A stretch of DNA of 61,359 nt, counting the filler, from Circinaria calcarea (lineage: Eukaryota), in NCBI GenBank assembly GCA_051942165.1. It is 15 parts of 15 records of this genome, joined end to end, with 100 filler letters (N's around TTAATTAATTAA, not from the genome) between each part and the next. Parts side by side here need not be neighbours in the genome. Positions count along the whole stretch, not along the records: positions 32,837 to 36,830 come from JAVECS010002513.1; positions 36,931 to 40,924 come from JAVECS010002514.1; positions 41,025 to 45,017 come from JAVECS010002515.1; positions 45,118 to 49,108 come from JAVECS010002516.1; 11 more parts are not named here. One strand, written 5' to 3'. The translations under genes were made by a program, and so were the position numbers. Below, in pieces: positions 33,383-45,703 of this stretch; the stretch's first letter is position 1; every line of letters begins with the position of its first letter. The notes below the pieces were generated by a model. The model saw only the letters and a program-made list of their open reading frames with translations, ran no database searches and was not told where the DNA came from.

Positions 33383-34075
33383 CTATCCCCGGATCTGCTC
33401 CTCGGTGAATAGCGGTCTGAGATGGAACAGCCAATGCCAGAATCTGTTCCAGTAGTTCGTTCTCTTCATGATCACGCCATTCCTTCTCGCTGACACATCC
33501 CCTTTCTCCTCTTTCCTCGACTTTACAGATTTCTCTGCGTCCCAGTAGGGCTTGCACAATCGGAAGCGGTTATATAAATTCTTGGGACGGTAATTGAGGC
33601 GATTGCTGTATTTGTATTTGCAAATTTTGGGCATTCTGGGGAATTTGACGAGGGCGATTGGATCAAGGTCCGTATCTTCCGCAGTGGCTGTGGTCATAGT
33701 CGCTACGGAATCTTCGACAGCGGTGTTTCCTTTCATGTCAACAATATCACGTTTCCCAGACTTGGCCAGTGTCTTGGCGTCCTCCGCGTCCCAGTATTTC
33801 TTGCAGAGCAGTTCGCGATAGTAGAGTTGCTGAGGGCCATAGTAATGATGGAGGCGGTTTTCGTGTTTGCGGCGACATATCTTGGGCATGCGTGGTATCC
33901 CGTAATTGATAGAAACGAGGTGCGGGTCGAAATCAGTCACATTCAATGCAGTGGCGAGATACTCCATAGTGAGATTTTTGGGAGGATTGACAGTGTCTGC
34001 AGAGAGTGGAGCGAGTATAGGTGCTGCGTACACAGCTGCTTCGAGCAGCACACCGAAGAGAAGACTGAGCTGCAT
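33383..34075 (-). CDS. Secreted 230-aa repeat-containing peptide precursor (KEP-like)
   Basis: Signal peptide MQLSLLFGVLLEAAVYA-AP; two internal repeats PRMPKIC..NRL..LY..LCKxYWDAE; dibasic sites KR108-109, RK187-188, RR197-198 and KR204-205; intronless. Confidence 0.8.
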   Translation of the reverse strand: MQLSLLFGVLLEAAVYAAPILAPLSADTVNPPKNLTMEYLATALNVTDFDPHLVSINYGIPRMPKICRRKHENRLHHYYGPQQLYYRELLCKKYWDAEDAKTLAKSGKRDIVDMKGNTAVEDSVATMTTATAEDTDLDPIALVKFPRMPKICKYKYSNRLNYRPKNLYNRFRLCKPYWDAEKSVKSRKEEKGDVSARRNGVIMKRTNYWNRFWHWLFHLRPLFTEEQIRG

Positions 34076-34849
34076 GTTGTGATTGTTGGCAGAGTGGACT
34101 ATCTACCTTGGATGAGACGGATTTGCTGTAAGAGCTTGAGGAGCTCTTCAGTGTTAGAGAGATGTGACTGCTCGCATAAGACCTTGCCTGTGCACTTTAG
34201 ACTTATACCACTAAGCTCACTAACACAGAGAGAAGAAACATGGAAAACAATCCACCCGAACCATGAAAGGATGAAGTCCAGCAAAACATAAAATGTACGG
34301 AACGTCATCAGCACGAGAGATACTTTTACGTATCTTGGGATGATGCATCTGGTAGCCAGTTCCCACCCCCATTTACTTGGGAAGATATTCTAGTGCAAGT
34401 CATCTGCCGAGACCAGAAGGGAAGCGGAGGAGTATAATGCTGGAACGAAAGGCATCTTCCTGTTCTGGAGCTTAACTTTGAGAAAAGAATCTTTGTACGG
34501 TGACTATCAGAAGAATCCATGTCTTCCTAAGAAGCCAACCATCTGGCCTACACGCTTTGCGGGGAAGACTAGACATACGTAGTTGCAGATTAGTGCATTG
34601 CAACCAGCGCTTTGAGAATAAGGTTAAGCTATTGTACTCTCGAGGATGGAAGGCCGTCTCATGTACTGCACCAGAATAGAATGTTTTAGCGTGTGTAGTG
34701 AGTGACCCAGCGCAAAGGACGTCATAGCATCCAATTCACTTGTTGCTCTGAATCACTTTCCTAATCTTTCCTACCTCCCCACTCTCTCCAGCACGCTTCA
34801 ATCTAAAGAATCCACACGTTCAATCCACCAATCAAGCAACCTAGTCAAA

Positions 34850-35569
34850 ATGGTGACCAACACCACCGACCACGCCGGAGCCCGCTCAGGCACCGACACC
34901 ATGAACGCCCTCAAGTCCGGCGTAGCTGGCATCCATGTACATTTTCCCCTTCCTACCTTCCTCCCCTTCCTCGACCCTTTCTAACCCTACCCCGCAGGGC
35001 GTTGGCGAGACCATCCGTGGAAACTTCAACCAAGCCGTCGATACCGCTTTCAACGACAAGGCCGGGCAAGCCAAGAATCAGCAGGTCGCCAACCAAGGGC
35101 TCAATGAGATCAATGATGGCCAGTACAGAGGCCATCACGAGACCTCGGGCGCAGGGATGGGGATAGGCGCGACGAATACCGGGATGGGTCCTGCTACCAC
35201 TACCACTACCACTACAGGTACAGGGACGACGGGGACGATGAGCGGGGGCGGACTCGGCGGGTCTTCAAATCACGGGCCTCATGGGAGTAATCTGTTGAAC
35301 AAGCTGGATCCGAGGGTGGACAGCGATATGGGTATGTAATCGAACTGCATTTCCCAGGTTTTTATTATTCAAATTCTCTTCTCCCCTCGCCCCGCAAAAT
35401 ATCCCCGAGTGACTAACTTTCCCACCCAGACCACCGCGGCACCACAACCACCACCGGCCAATCCACCACGAGCAATCCGAGCGCAAACGCAAATACAAAC
35501 ACTGGGTACTCCAGCACCCTAGGGAACAAGCTAGACCCGAGCGTGCACTCGGGGGGCCCTCGGTACTGA
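34850..35569 (+). CDS. Fungal dehydrin-like hydrophilin (DPR motif)
   Basis: Exons 34850-34936, 34998-35331 and 35430-35569. GIH-GVGETIRG N-terminal block; Gly/Thr-rich; GPHGSNLLNKLDPRVDSD-D and a second GNKLDPSVHS. Confidence 0.82.
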
Positions 35570-36221
35570 TCTGGCACAGCTTCGATACTGACACCTTTCG
35601 TGACCGGGAACGAATGATGGGAACAATGGCAGCTCAGGGAGGAAGAGGGATGGAGTGGAATGATGCGACTTGCAGGGGAAGAAATGTTTTGCTTGCTATG
35701 AGCGGACATGCGTGACGAACTTGATGCTTTTAGATACCCGATAGCAATGTTGCTAATCACTCAGGCAGAGAAATGATACCCAAATTACTCCATCACGCAG
35801 GTCAATCAAGCGAGGGATGCTTCGCGATCTTCTCCCAATAGTGACTGCCTCAATTGAGTGAGTGAGTGTTCCAAGGACTTTGGTTTCCCGGGAAGAATCC
35901 AAGGGTATCACGAATACAGCTTCGAAGCCACTGTCAACCTACATGCACATGCACACGCACACCTGGTTGACATGATTGAGGCGAATAAAGCCCATAATGA
36001 ATAGCTAAAATCTTACAGAGTAAGCCCCCCCTAATACAAACCCTCTAAAAAAGAAAAAAAAAAAAAAGGATAAACCCAGCCCAGCTTTTTACTTTAAGCA
36101 ATATCCCTGCAAAATATGCCACTCAAGCCCCATCTAAAAAGGATAATAGCCATTCTCCCTACATCTATCGTCACTCCTCACTCCTCACTCCTCATTCGGT
36201 CCTCATTCAACCATACACTAC

Positions 36222-36830
36222 TCAAACTACAAACCACAAGTCAGCCAAGGCCCTCCTACCGACCCACACCGAAAAGGAAAAAAGGAGGTACTCACATCTC
36301 AAGTCCCAGCCAATCTGCGGCCCCAACTTCGGCAGCTCATCCGCCACACTCTGCACGTCCTTGTCCCCCCTTCCACTGAGACAAATCACCACATCCTCCT
36401 CCTTGCCCATCGTCTTCGCCAGCTCCAACGCGCCCCAAACCGCATGCGACGTCTCCAGCGCGGGGATAATGCCCTCCAGTTGACTGAGTAATCGGAAGCC
36501 CTTAAACGCCTCGGCGTCAGTCGCGGCGATGAATTTCGCCCTCTCGGTATCTTTCCATGAACTGAGCTCAGGGCCAACACCAGGGTAATCGAGACCTGCA
36601 GAGACAGAGTGAGTGTCGGAGATCTGGCCGTGTCTGTTTTGAAGGACGTAGGTTCGGACGCCGTGGAGGACGCCCTTTGTACCGCCGGTAAGAGTCGCGC
36701 TGTGGCGTTCCGTGTCGAGACCATCGCCACCGGCTTCGACGCCGAGGAGTTTGACAGATGGGTCTTGAGAAAAGGGGTAGAACATTCCTGCAGCGTTACT
36801 GCCACCACCAACACATGCGACGACAGCGTC
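36222..36830 (-). CDS. TRP5: Tryptophan synthase (beta domain), C-terminal part
   Basis: [41 protein letters not shown] and CLSGRGDKD; terminal intron 36295-36227 before the final F*. Confidence 0.97.
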   Translation of the reverse strand, partial: DAVVACVGGGSNAAGMFYPFSQDPSVKLLGVEAGGDGLDTERHSATLTGGTKGVLHGVRTYVLQNRHGQISDTHSVSAGLDYPGVGPELSSWKDTERAKFIAATDAEAFKGFRLLSQLEGIIPALETSHAVWGALELAKTMGKEEDVVICLSGRGDKDVQSVADELPKLGPQIGWDLRCEYLLFSFSVWVGRRALADLWFVV

Positions 36831-37467
36831 NNNNNNNNNNNNNNNNNNNNNNNNNNNNNNNNNNNNNNNNNNNNTTAATTAATTAANNNNNNNNNNNNNN
36901 NNNNNNNNNNNNNNNNNNNNNNNNNNNNNNGGAGGAGGAGGAGGGGTTTAAACGGGCTCATGGAGAATAATGTTCAGCCAGTCAATAGGGGCGCACAAGT
37001 AGTCAGACGATGATTCTATTCTCGTAGTTCGGGCAGCTAGCTCCAAGCGGGCTTCCCATACGGTGTCAGCAGACAAAACTCTTCCAAGAGCTACACTGTC
37101 CAGCAAACACTCGGGAATCCCTCCTATGCGAAGCACAGCACAAACAACAGCTATTCAGCAAGGGAACATCGGAAATTCAACAGGGGCACCTCATGAATGC
37201 CGTTGCACTCCCCCCCCCAAAAAATGGCCAAAGCAAAGGGTATAGTCAGACACGCCCGCTCTGATGCAAATTGACACCGCTATGCAGAATCGAAGGTTGG
37301 TATAGTAAGCAAAAGGAAAGTAAGCAATCAAGCACACGACGCCAGCCAGTCCTTATCAAAATTGAAATGAGAATTCGCCGTTGATATCATAGACAGGATG
37401 CATCAAAAAGCGAGACAACGAGTAGGCGATCTCGTTCCGTGCAACACGGTTCGGAAGGTTATTGAGA

Positions 37468-39667
37468 TCATTCATCATTACGGTCTTCCCTGAGTGGTCG
37501 TACGAGCTCCTTCAACAAACCATCAAGTTCCTTCCAATTCTCCCGATCAACTGCGAACTTGCGATGCTTCCGTCCAAGTGTATGCTTTGAATGAATGTCA
37601 GCTTTGTCTAGAATCAGACTAGTATAGTAGACTCACCTCTTCAAAGTCCTCAAATTTCTCACGGCAGTTTTCACAGTACCCAGGCTTAGGTTCTCTTTTC
37701 TCCCCTTTCAAAGATTTTAGAGCGTTAATCATAGCAAACTCAGACTTCCGTTTTGCCTCCGCTTCTTCTGAAGGAGTATGCTCCTCTTTGATATTGCCAA
37801 GCTTCTTCTGACCCAGCTTCTCTTGAGCCTTTTGTTTGGCTAAACGCGCAGGAGGGAAATCTCGCAATTGACGAACGGTGTTTGCGGTGCCAGCAGCACC
37901 CCTAGATGCTCCCATTCCATTGAGAGATGGTCCAGTATTCCTTTCAAGGACCTTTCTCTTCAGCTCATGGACCTCTTTACTCATCCCAGCTTTTGCACCA
38001 GGTGCAGCAGCTGTAGAAGATATCATTTGCGAGCGTATAGCGGAAGTGATATTGGACCGCTGCAAACCAGACGCTTGAGGTTCGCCCCCATAGAAGCCTG
38101 GCCCGATGCCAGGTGGGAAATGTCGACTTCCTTTCACAGGGCTTGGAACTTTTCCTATTACCGATTGTTTAGCAGTTGCTGCTGGCAAAATCCGCGTAGG
38201 TTGCGCTATAAGGTTTGCACCATGCTCGACGTTGGTGAGCGGCTGCTTTCGCGTAGCATGTGCTGGTGGCTGCATTTTGATGGACTCAATCGCAGCTGAA
38301 GCTCTTGTTCGAGGAGCTTTCGGAATGTCCACTTTCGCTTGCGCGAGTCGTCTTTGCTCTCTAGCCTCCTCCCTCTCGATATCGCGTCTGCTGTGCGTAC
38401 TTTCTTCAATAAAGGGACACTTTCCTAAGCTTACACTTCGGAATTGGGGCCATGCACCATCTTCCCGGGTTTGGACCTTGGCATATTCTCGGATCATGAT
38501 CGGCTTGCACTTCTCGTTCATGTCACGTATGATGATGTGTGGCCCTTTGAATTGACAGTATTCACCTGTAGCTAAAGTGGACTCACGATCCGAAGGCCCA
38601 TTAAGCTGCTCGTTCCGAATCAGATTCGATAGGTCAACCTGGCGACCGGGGTTTGCAGCCAATGTCGCGATAGCAACGTTACTCCGCGTGTTGTGACCGT
38701 GCTGAGACTGGAAACCCGTTTCCCGGTCCTCAAATATCACATGGATGATTCTTTCAAACTTCTCCAGTTGCCATATCTTGATACCCATGTCCTTGGCTTT
38801 TCGTAAAATATCATTACTGCCCGACGGTTGTTTTCGTAACGTAGCCAGTTCGCTCCTCTTGGCTGCAAGACCATCGAGAAGAAACTTACTTTTCGGAAGT
38901 GTCCCGTGATGGTTATGTGGATAGTCAGAAGATTTCTCTAATAGCGATGGATTGATAGTCCGTGGTTGGGTATTCTCCTGTGTAGTTGCACTGGCAGAAT
39001 GGGCATCCACCGACGTATTGCCATCGCTCTCGGTGGGAATGGACCTTGTCGTGACGATGTGGGTTACATTCCTGGAGAAGAACTTTTCTTCTCTCTATAT
39101 GGGCCAATGATTAGCAAAGACGTGGAATCATATTATAGATGATTGATCAAACCCTACCGCACCTAGCCCAGCAATCTGCCGTGAGCATTGCTTCCGAACG
39201 TCTTCGGTGACGCTTTCGAAGTAAAACACAAAGCTCGGAAACACCTTTCTATAGTGTTTCTGCCATTGCCTCACTGTCTCCAACGTTTCATCCAAAGTCT
39301 TTTCATGCTTGGTCGGCCTGGCATGTATGGGCTTGTCCTTGACTGCCAATAACTTTCGATCAAAGGCGGTTGGCTGGGAATCTGTAGGCCGTTTGTTAAA
39401 GACCCGTCCCTCGGCGAGATTCCCTTGTCTCCGTGACGGCGTTCGCGGAGCTGACTCTTCGACCTCAACGATCTGTTTCTTTGCCGGTGGTTGGCCATAT
39501 GGTATTTCCCCTGCCACAACGCTCTGGGCTCTTGGGCGCTTCGAGGCCGCACCGGTGGCAGTACGGAATGGTGAATTGAGGACATTGGGAACATCTGCCA
39601 GAGGCACTCGTCTGTTTGACATGATGCCCAATGTGTGTGGTGATGGCGGAATCGACACGGCTGCCAT
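37468..39667 (-). CDS. DBF4: Cdc7 kinase regulatory subunit Dbf4/Dfp1/NimO
   Basis: Motif N (WQKHYRKVFPSFVFYFE..LGA, VTHIVTTR, AKDMGIKIWQLEK), motif M (FKGPHIIIRD..PIMIREY..WPQF) and C-terminal zinc finger KPGYCENC..H....H. Confidence 0.94.
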
Positions 39668-40567
39668 GCGTAATAATACTGGACGGACTCAAGATCCCGA
39701 CTGGAGGGGTACTTGTAGACGCCCACCACGCGACGTGCCCAAACGAGCAGGACAAGACGATAAACGTAAGTTTAAGATAGCATAATTACTGTCCGGTTCT
39801 GTACAGGTGTGGGGCATCAGGTAGATACCTCAATGAAGGAGTGTGGGGTGGTTATTGTTGATATTGTCCGAGTCGAGAAGCCCTCCAATGTTGCTGTCGG
39901 GAGATTCTGATGCGGCTGTATTTGTTGACGCAGTGCTAGCGCGAAGCTCGGACCAGCCACGCCCTACGAGATTCATCCGACAGCAACCAACAAAGATGCT
40001 CCTGTTCACTCAACCTCCCAGCCATCGATCTTCTTCTTTCAATTGGATGAAATGCTTATGGCGGCTTGAGGGAGCTCCTCGCCATTGCGCAAGTTATTTG
40101 CGACATATAAAAGACTATTCGAAGGGCGTTCAGCGCCAGACCGCAAAATGGCTGCAACCGGATGCACCTCCTGCTCCTCGATTCATCCCTACTCAGTGGA
40201 TGCTGTCTTCTGTTTTCAATTCTATAGAGTTAAACCGTGTGGCTCCGAATGGAGTTCCCAGAATGGGAGATAATCCACGATTGCAGACGTCTTTCGAAAG
40301 CGATATATTATGTAGGGATTCGTTCTATGAAGCGGGCAACCAGCACAACCCGAGCTTGAGCTACAGCGATTTTGACAATCATGACATGGCAAGATCCAAT
40401 CGAGAATTGGAAACCTTTCAACGTATTGACCCGGGAAACGTGGGCACTCATTATTCCCTTGCGTCCTCCACCTTCACTAATGAACCCCCTTCAACCCTCA
40501 AACTCCCTAATATCTCTACCAGTTAGCCCTCCCTCCTTTATCTCATCCCCCTTCTTCTCCAAACCCA

Positions 40568-40924
40568 TCACGCAGTTCGCCCTGCCAACGTCCTAGCCGT
40601 AACTAGATCCTCCACCGTAACCGTCTGAAACTCGGAATGCTGCTCGCGCCCGTCGCTCGCCAACTTCAAAGCATACCTTACCGCCGAACACCAGTCCCTC
40701 TCCAACGACGTTGGGGGAGGACGCGTCTCGCCTTCAGACTCTCGATGGATAGCTTCATTAGCATTGTATGTATCCCGCCTGAGCCGATGTACGAGACCAT
40801 TGAAGCCACGGCGAATGCGAGCTTCGGCCTTGAATCGCGCGTCGGCATTGTCGTATCGCTCGTCTGGGGTCCAGGACGGGGTTTGGAAAAGTTCCGCGGC
40901 TGTGACTTGGGCAGCGGCTTCGGT
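40568..40924 (-). CDS. Possible 3' end of an unknown protein-coding gene
   Basis: Frame open from the contig end: TEAAAQVTAAELFQTPSWTPDERYDNADARFKAEARIRRGF..DWCSAVRYALKL..*; no recognisable motif. Confidence 0.35.
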   Translation of the reverse strand, partial: TEAAAQVTAAELFQTPSWTPDERYDNADARFKAEARIRRGFNGLVHRLRRDTYNANEAIHRESEGETRPPPTSLERDWCSAVRYALKLASDGREQHSEFQTVTVEDLVTARTLAGRTA

Positions 40925-41319
40925 NNNNNNNNNNNNNNNNNNNNNNNNNNNNNNNNNNNNNNNNNNNNTTAATTAATTAANNNNNNNNNNNNNNNNNNNN
41001 NNNNNNNNNNNNNNNNNNNNNNNNGATGGGAGTTGTGCTTTAAAGGGGCGGGGAGGGGGGAGGAGTTGTGATTTAATGGAGGTGCCACGGGTCGGTAGGA
41101 TAGAGTAGGTTATTAGGAGGTTGGTAGGATCGTGCTGGTAGGGACGGAGTATATACAGTGTAGAATCTTGTTGCCAGGTACAAGAAACAATATTCGTCTA
41201 TAGCGTGAGTCTCTTCCATCTAATTTCTATGTAAAGGTCTAGAATCGCCTCATGCGGTAACAGTAATGGATTCGCGTCCCAATTGAAATGGGTATCATAC
41301 AATAATCCACCCAATCGAA

Positions 41320-44300
41320 TCAAAAAATCTCCTCCACCCTCTCCCACTTTCCTCCCTTGCTGACACTTTCTCGTACCCTCCAGTAATCCCCATTCGTGAT
41401 CCAGTACTCCTCCCCCGTAATCTTACACTTCGCCTTACTGAACCACTTGGGCACAAACTCTTCGCCGCTCGCTTCGCGCTCTCTCCTCCTCGCCCGCTGC
41501 TTCTCCTCCACTCGATTCTTCTCCGCGGCGGCGAAATCGTACTTGCCGTCTTCCATGGCGCGCTGATCGGGTCGGAGACGCGTGTCGGTTGGCGGCAGAA
41601 GCGGGCGAAGACTGTCAGGAAGGGCGTTGAGGGTGATGACGAATGGTGTGAGGTTGAACGGAATACCGGTAGGTCGCTGATGCGCCTCCCAGACCAGAAA
41701 CGCCTGCATAGAATTTGGTTCATGAGCGCGGAGCTGACCCTTCGGCGCCTCAACCGGGGCTTCGAATCCGGGAGTCAGCCGAGCATAGATCTTATCGTTC
41801 CAGCGACCTCCGATGCTGAACCTGGTCTTTCCACTTGCATCAACGACCTTGCCGCTGACTTGGTTGGCAGAGGCAGCGGTCCAGCCTCGGGGCTTGAAAT
41901 CGAGCATGCAGAATTCTCCCGTGGTCCAGTTCTTGACTTCCATGACCCCGTAGCTGTCGACTGTGGGGGAGCCGGTGATGATACCGATCACGGTCATGGT
42001 GATTTTCTTCCATGTGTACAATTCCTCACCGCCTGAAGGTAGGCGGAGCTTGAGGAACCAGGTGCCAAGTGGATTGATGTCAAAGGACTTTCCGTAAAAC
42101 TTTGACTTTACTGCAGACTCGCCCTTGTTGTGATTGTCAGCAGGTAATACATCTTGACCCTATCCTATAACTCACATAGTACTCCCATTTTGATGATTCG
42201 GCCCATGCCGCTCCGATCGGTGGATGATGGCTGACTTGTTCGATGAGAAAGCGGTAGCCTTTGTCTGGCCTAGCGTACTCGTACGTTTCCCCCAATAAAG
42301 GATTAAAGGGCTTAGCTACACGGCCGATAGTTGACGAATATTCACTAGCCGCAAAGGCAGCAACATACACCATGCGCTCCGTAGGATCCATTAGGCTTGC
42401 AGCCGTGTCTAAAAGATCTGTATACTCCATGTCCTCTGCAACACGCTGGAGAAGTGATGTAGGCTCGTTGAACGAAACCGGAAGAGTCATCTTGGTCATG
42501 TCCTTACCAATCATAGACTTTAGAATGCCCTGCATACCGGTTAGTGGACTTAACATTGTACTCTAAAGTGCTTACCCATAAAGATATCTTCGGCCTATCA
42601 TCTGCGTCCATGTTGAGGCGTTTGCGTACAGGTTCTTCGTAGCCCTTGAAAGCAGAGGTAATATCTAACCCTTTGCTTCCCTCTTGTACTTTCTGGCTCG
42701 GTTCCATAGCAGAAGATGAAGCCAGGACACTAGAAGTCGATGAGGGCATTGCGTCCACGATCTCAACTTCACCAGCGTCTACTGCATCAAAGAATTCTTC
42801 GTCCGCTTCGGTATCTGAACCAGAAAGATCGGCCAATGCTGTAATAGTGGATTTCCGCCTAGCTCGACCTCCCAGAGATTTTCGCCGTGGAGAGAAAGCC
42901 CCCTCAAGATTCGGACTCATTTGATCAGGGCTCCCCAACGTCTGATTACCCTCCTCAGGTAAACCATGGTTATCTGAAGGACTTAGAACACCAGGACTAA
43001 CATCTAGAACGTCCCGTAATGCTCGTTTTGTCCGTTTCCGCTTCTCCTCTGATTCCCCTATGCGACTCTCGAGGACCTCTTGTTCTTTAGCAACCTTTGC
43101 CATACTGTCTTCCCACAGCCGTCGCATGTCGGCTTCTCGATCTACCCTATACTGCCAATATGCCTCCCGGTCTCGAGCAATCTTGAGCAAGTCTGCAACC
43201 ATGTTTTGCAAGCTTTGTACAGCACCTTCATACGTAGAGATTGCTTGAGATATCGTGGGTTCCGATATGGGAGTTGCCGGTCGGTGGGAAATCTCTGTTT
43301 GAAGAGCAGTCGATACCTGCGCGAGTAAGTCGAGCTGAAGCTTTGCAGAATTGGCTGTAATGTTGAAAGCATCCTTTGGTGCAGGTTTTATGTCGTGGCT
43401 ACTAGCATCGTCGCCGTATTCCTCGTCATCGTCCAGATCTCCAGCGATCGTCATTGTATGTGCTGCGCTAAGAGTACGGGTCAAGTCATTATTGCCTATA
43501 CTAGGCTCATAAAATACATAATCTGGTTCCTGAATTTCGGTTGGATTGCCCGGTCCCGTGGTGGATCCCTCCAGGGACAACAGTGAGGCATTATTTGAAG
43601 TCATACCCACTGCCGTAGCTGGAATAAGACCTTTTCCTCCATGTTTAGAGTTATCAAACCCCGTCTGCTCGGACTTTGATTGGCGGGCTCCCTCTGCATC
43701 TCGATTCTTTTTTTGTTCGCTACCTTTTGCCTCATCTTTCGCCCATTGAATTGCATTATTTAATGCCCAAACCCAGCGCTTTGCCTCGACCACATGGTTA
43801 GCTTTCAAGTGATACTTTACCGAAGATTTGCCTTGTATCTCGAAACGTGTCTTGTCCTGAGCATCCATGACGAGGCTTGCAATCCGCATATTAATGGCGC
43901 CACGGCATGCTGAACCAGCATCATCTAAACAATGTCAGCCGCATGACCAGTTTACAAGAATCTAGATAACGCTACCTTGATGCTTGTAATAGCTCAGGAC
44001 ACCATCCTCGAGGACAAACCAGCGCAGCTTGTATCCGGTGGTATAGTTGGTCCATTTCTTGAGATATCCCTTTATCTCTCGGCTCTCTTTACTACCGATT
44101 GGATTCTCGACTTGCGAATTACCAAGTATAGCTTTCTCTTGTATGCCTCTTTGCGCAGCGGCCGCAGCTGGAGATCTCTTCAGAATACTCCTTGTCTTCT
44201 CATCTTTGGTAACGTCCTGAGGAAGCTTGCCCTTCCTGTCGCGGCGAAATGGATCTGCGCCGTGTAGTAGTAGGATCTGGATTAAGCGTAGATCTCTTTT

Positions 44301-45017
44301 CCTTGCAGCCTCATGCAGTAGCGTTCCACCTGTTTCCAGCGTTGCAGGATCTACCACAAGCTCCACCCAGTTGACATCGAGAACGGCTTCCACACGCGGC
44401 TCCTCAAGTAGCTTCTCCAGTCCATCATAATCTACCTTGTTCAGAAGTTGCTGAATCGCCTTGACCTTGCTCTCAATGAAGACAGATCGAGATAGTTGAA
44501 GTTGCTGAAAAATCTCTGGGTTTCGTGCGAGGTCCAGCGGAGACCGTCCCTGATAATTAAGGATGGAAGCATCGATATCGGATTGCATGAGTAACGCTCG
44601 GACTATACTAGCTCTTCCCAGCATGGATGCTAAGTGGAGAGGCGTGTTACCGGCCTTATCTTGGCTATTGATGTCGATCTCCACGTGAGGTTCGGTGGTT
44701 GCGACTGACAGGATTTGGTCTACGACCTGGGGTTCTGCACATTGAATTGCCAGGTGCAATATCGTCGTACCCTCTAGAGGACTATGTGCTTTTTCGCGTG
44801 TGCCTGATGTGCTGGATGTTTCTTGGACTGCTTTGGTAATCGCGGCGTTGTCGCCACTCCTTAATATCTCAAAATAGCGAAACATGCGAACGGACTGTTC
44901 AATACTGATTCCCTGTTTACCCGTGTTTGTCGGTTCCTGACTCGAAGCGTCACCCGCCGCGCCCGAGGTTGACTCCACGACCCCGGGTTCAGAGGTTTGC
45001 GGTCTTGATCTTTGAGG
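41320..45017 (-). CDS. OSH1: Oxysterol-binding protein with ankyrin repeats, PH domain, FFAT motif and ORD (Osh1/Osh2 type), 5' truncated
   Basis: Ankyrins (GNTPLHLA), PH ([20 protein letters not shown]), [44 protein letters not shown] and [12 protein letters not shown]. Confidence 0.95.
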
Positions 45018-45703
45018 NNNNNNNNNNNNNNNNNNNNNNNNNNNNNNNNNNNNNNNNNNNNTTAATTAATTAANNNNNNNNNNNNNNNNNNNNNNNNNNN
45101 NNNNNNNNNNNNNNNNNGAATTGAGGGGAGTGGACTAGGAGAAGGTCAGGAAGGGGGGGGGGAAGCGGTTTGGAAGAGAAATGGGTTGGGAGATTAGGAG
45201 AGGTAGGGAGAGAAGGAAAGAGAACAGAGAATGCGAATAGAGGTTAGAGAATAGAAGAGCAGGAAGTAGGATACAAAAAAGCAGGGAGCAGATCGAAAGC
45301 GTGGGTGTAAAATGGTGGGAGTGAAGAAAACAGGCGTAAAAATATTGTTTCCAACCCTTGCCAGGCCCATTCGTAATCCCTTATTAGTACTTCGAACCTG
45401 GCCGTTAACACCGTGCACACTTCCCCCCCTAACCACAGCCAATAATGAATCCACACAAGCCAGCAATATGTAAAGATATGCATTTCATGCAAAATACTAT
45501 GGCCTCCCACTTTAGCTATCTCGCACAAAGAATGCCGCCAAAGCAAAGCAAACCGCAACAAGAGTCGATACATGGATGATGGTATTGTTCAACTTCTAGC
45601 CAGCTTTTCTCCATTCCACTCCATTCCATCCCATTCTTCCAAATAAACAAACAAGCAATGCTTAGATGGTTTTCCAACGCAAATCATAAAATCCCCAACC
45701 ACT

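Noticed and set aside
20539..39667. Apparent cluster of replication/repair genes (NSE4, CDC6, REV1, DBF4)
   Set aside because: Each gene is on a different unlinked contig placed by size sorting.
39843..40526. 227-aa plus-strand ORF upstream of DBF4
   Set aside because: GTG start, no motifs, lies in a promoter/3' region.
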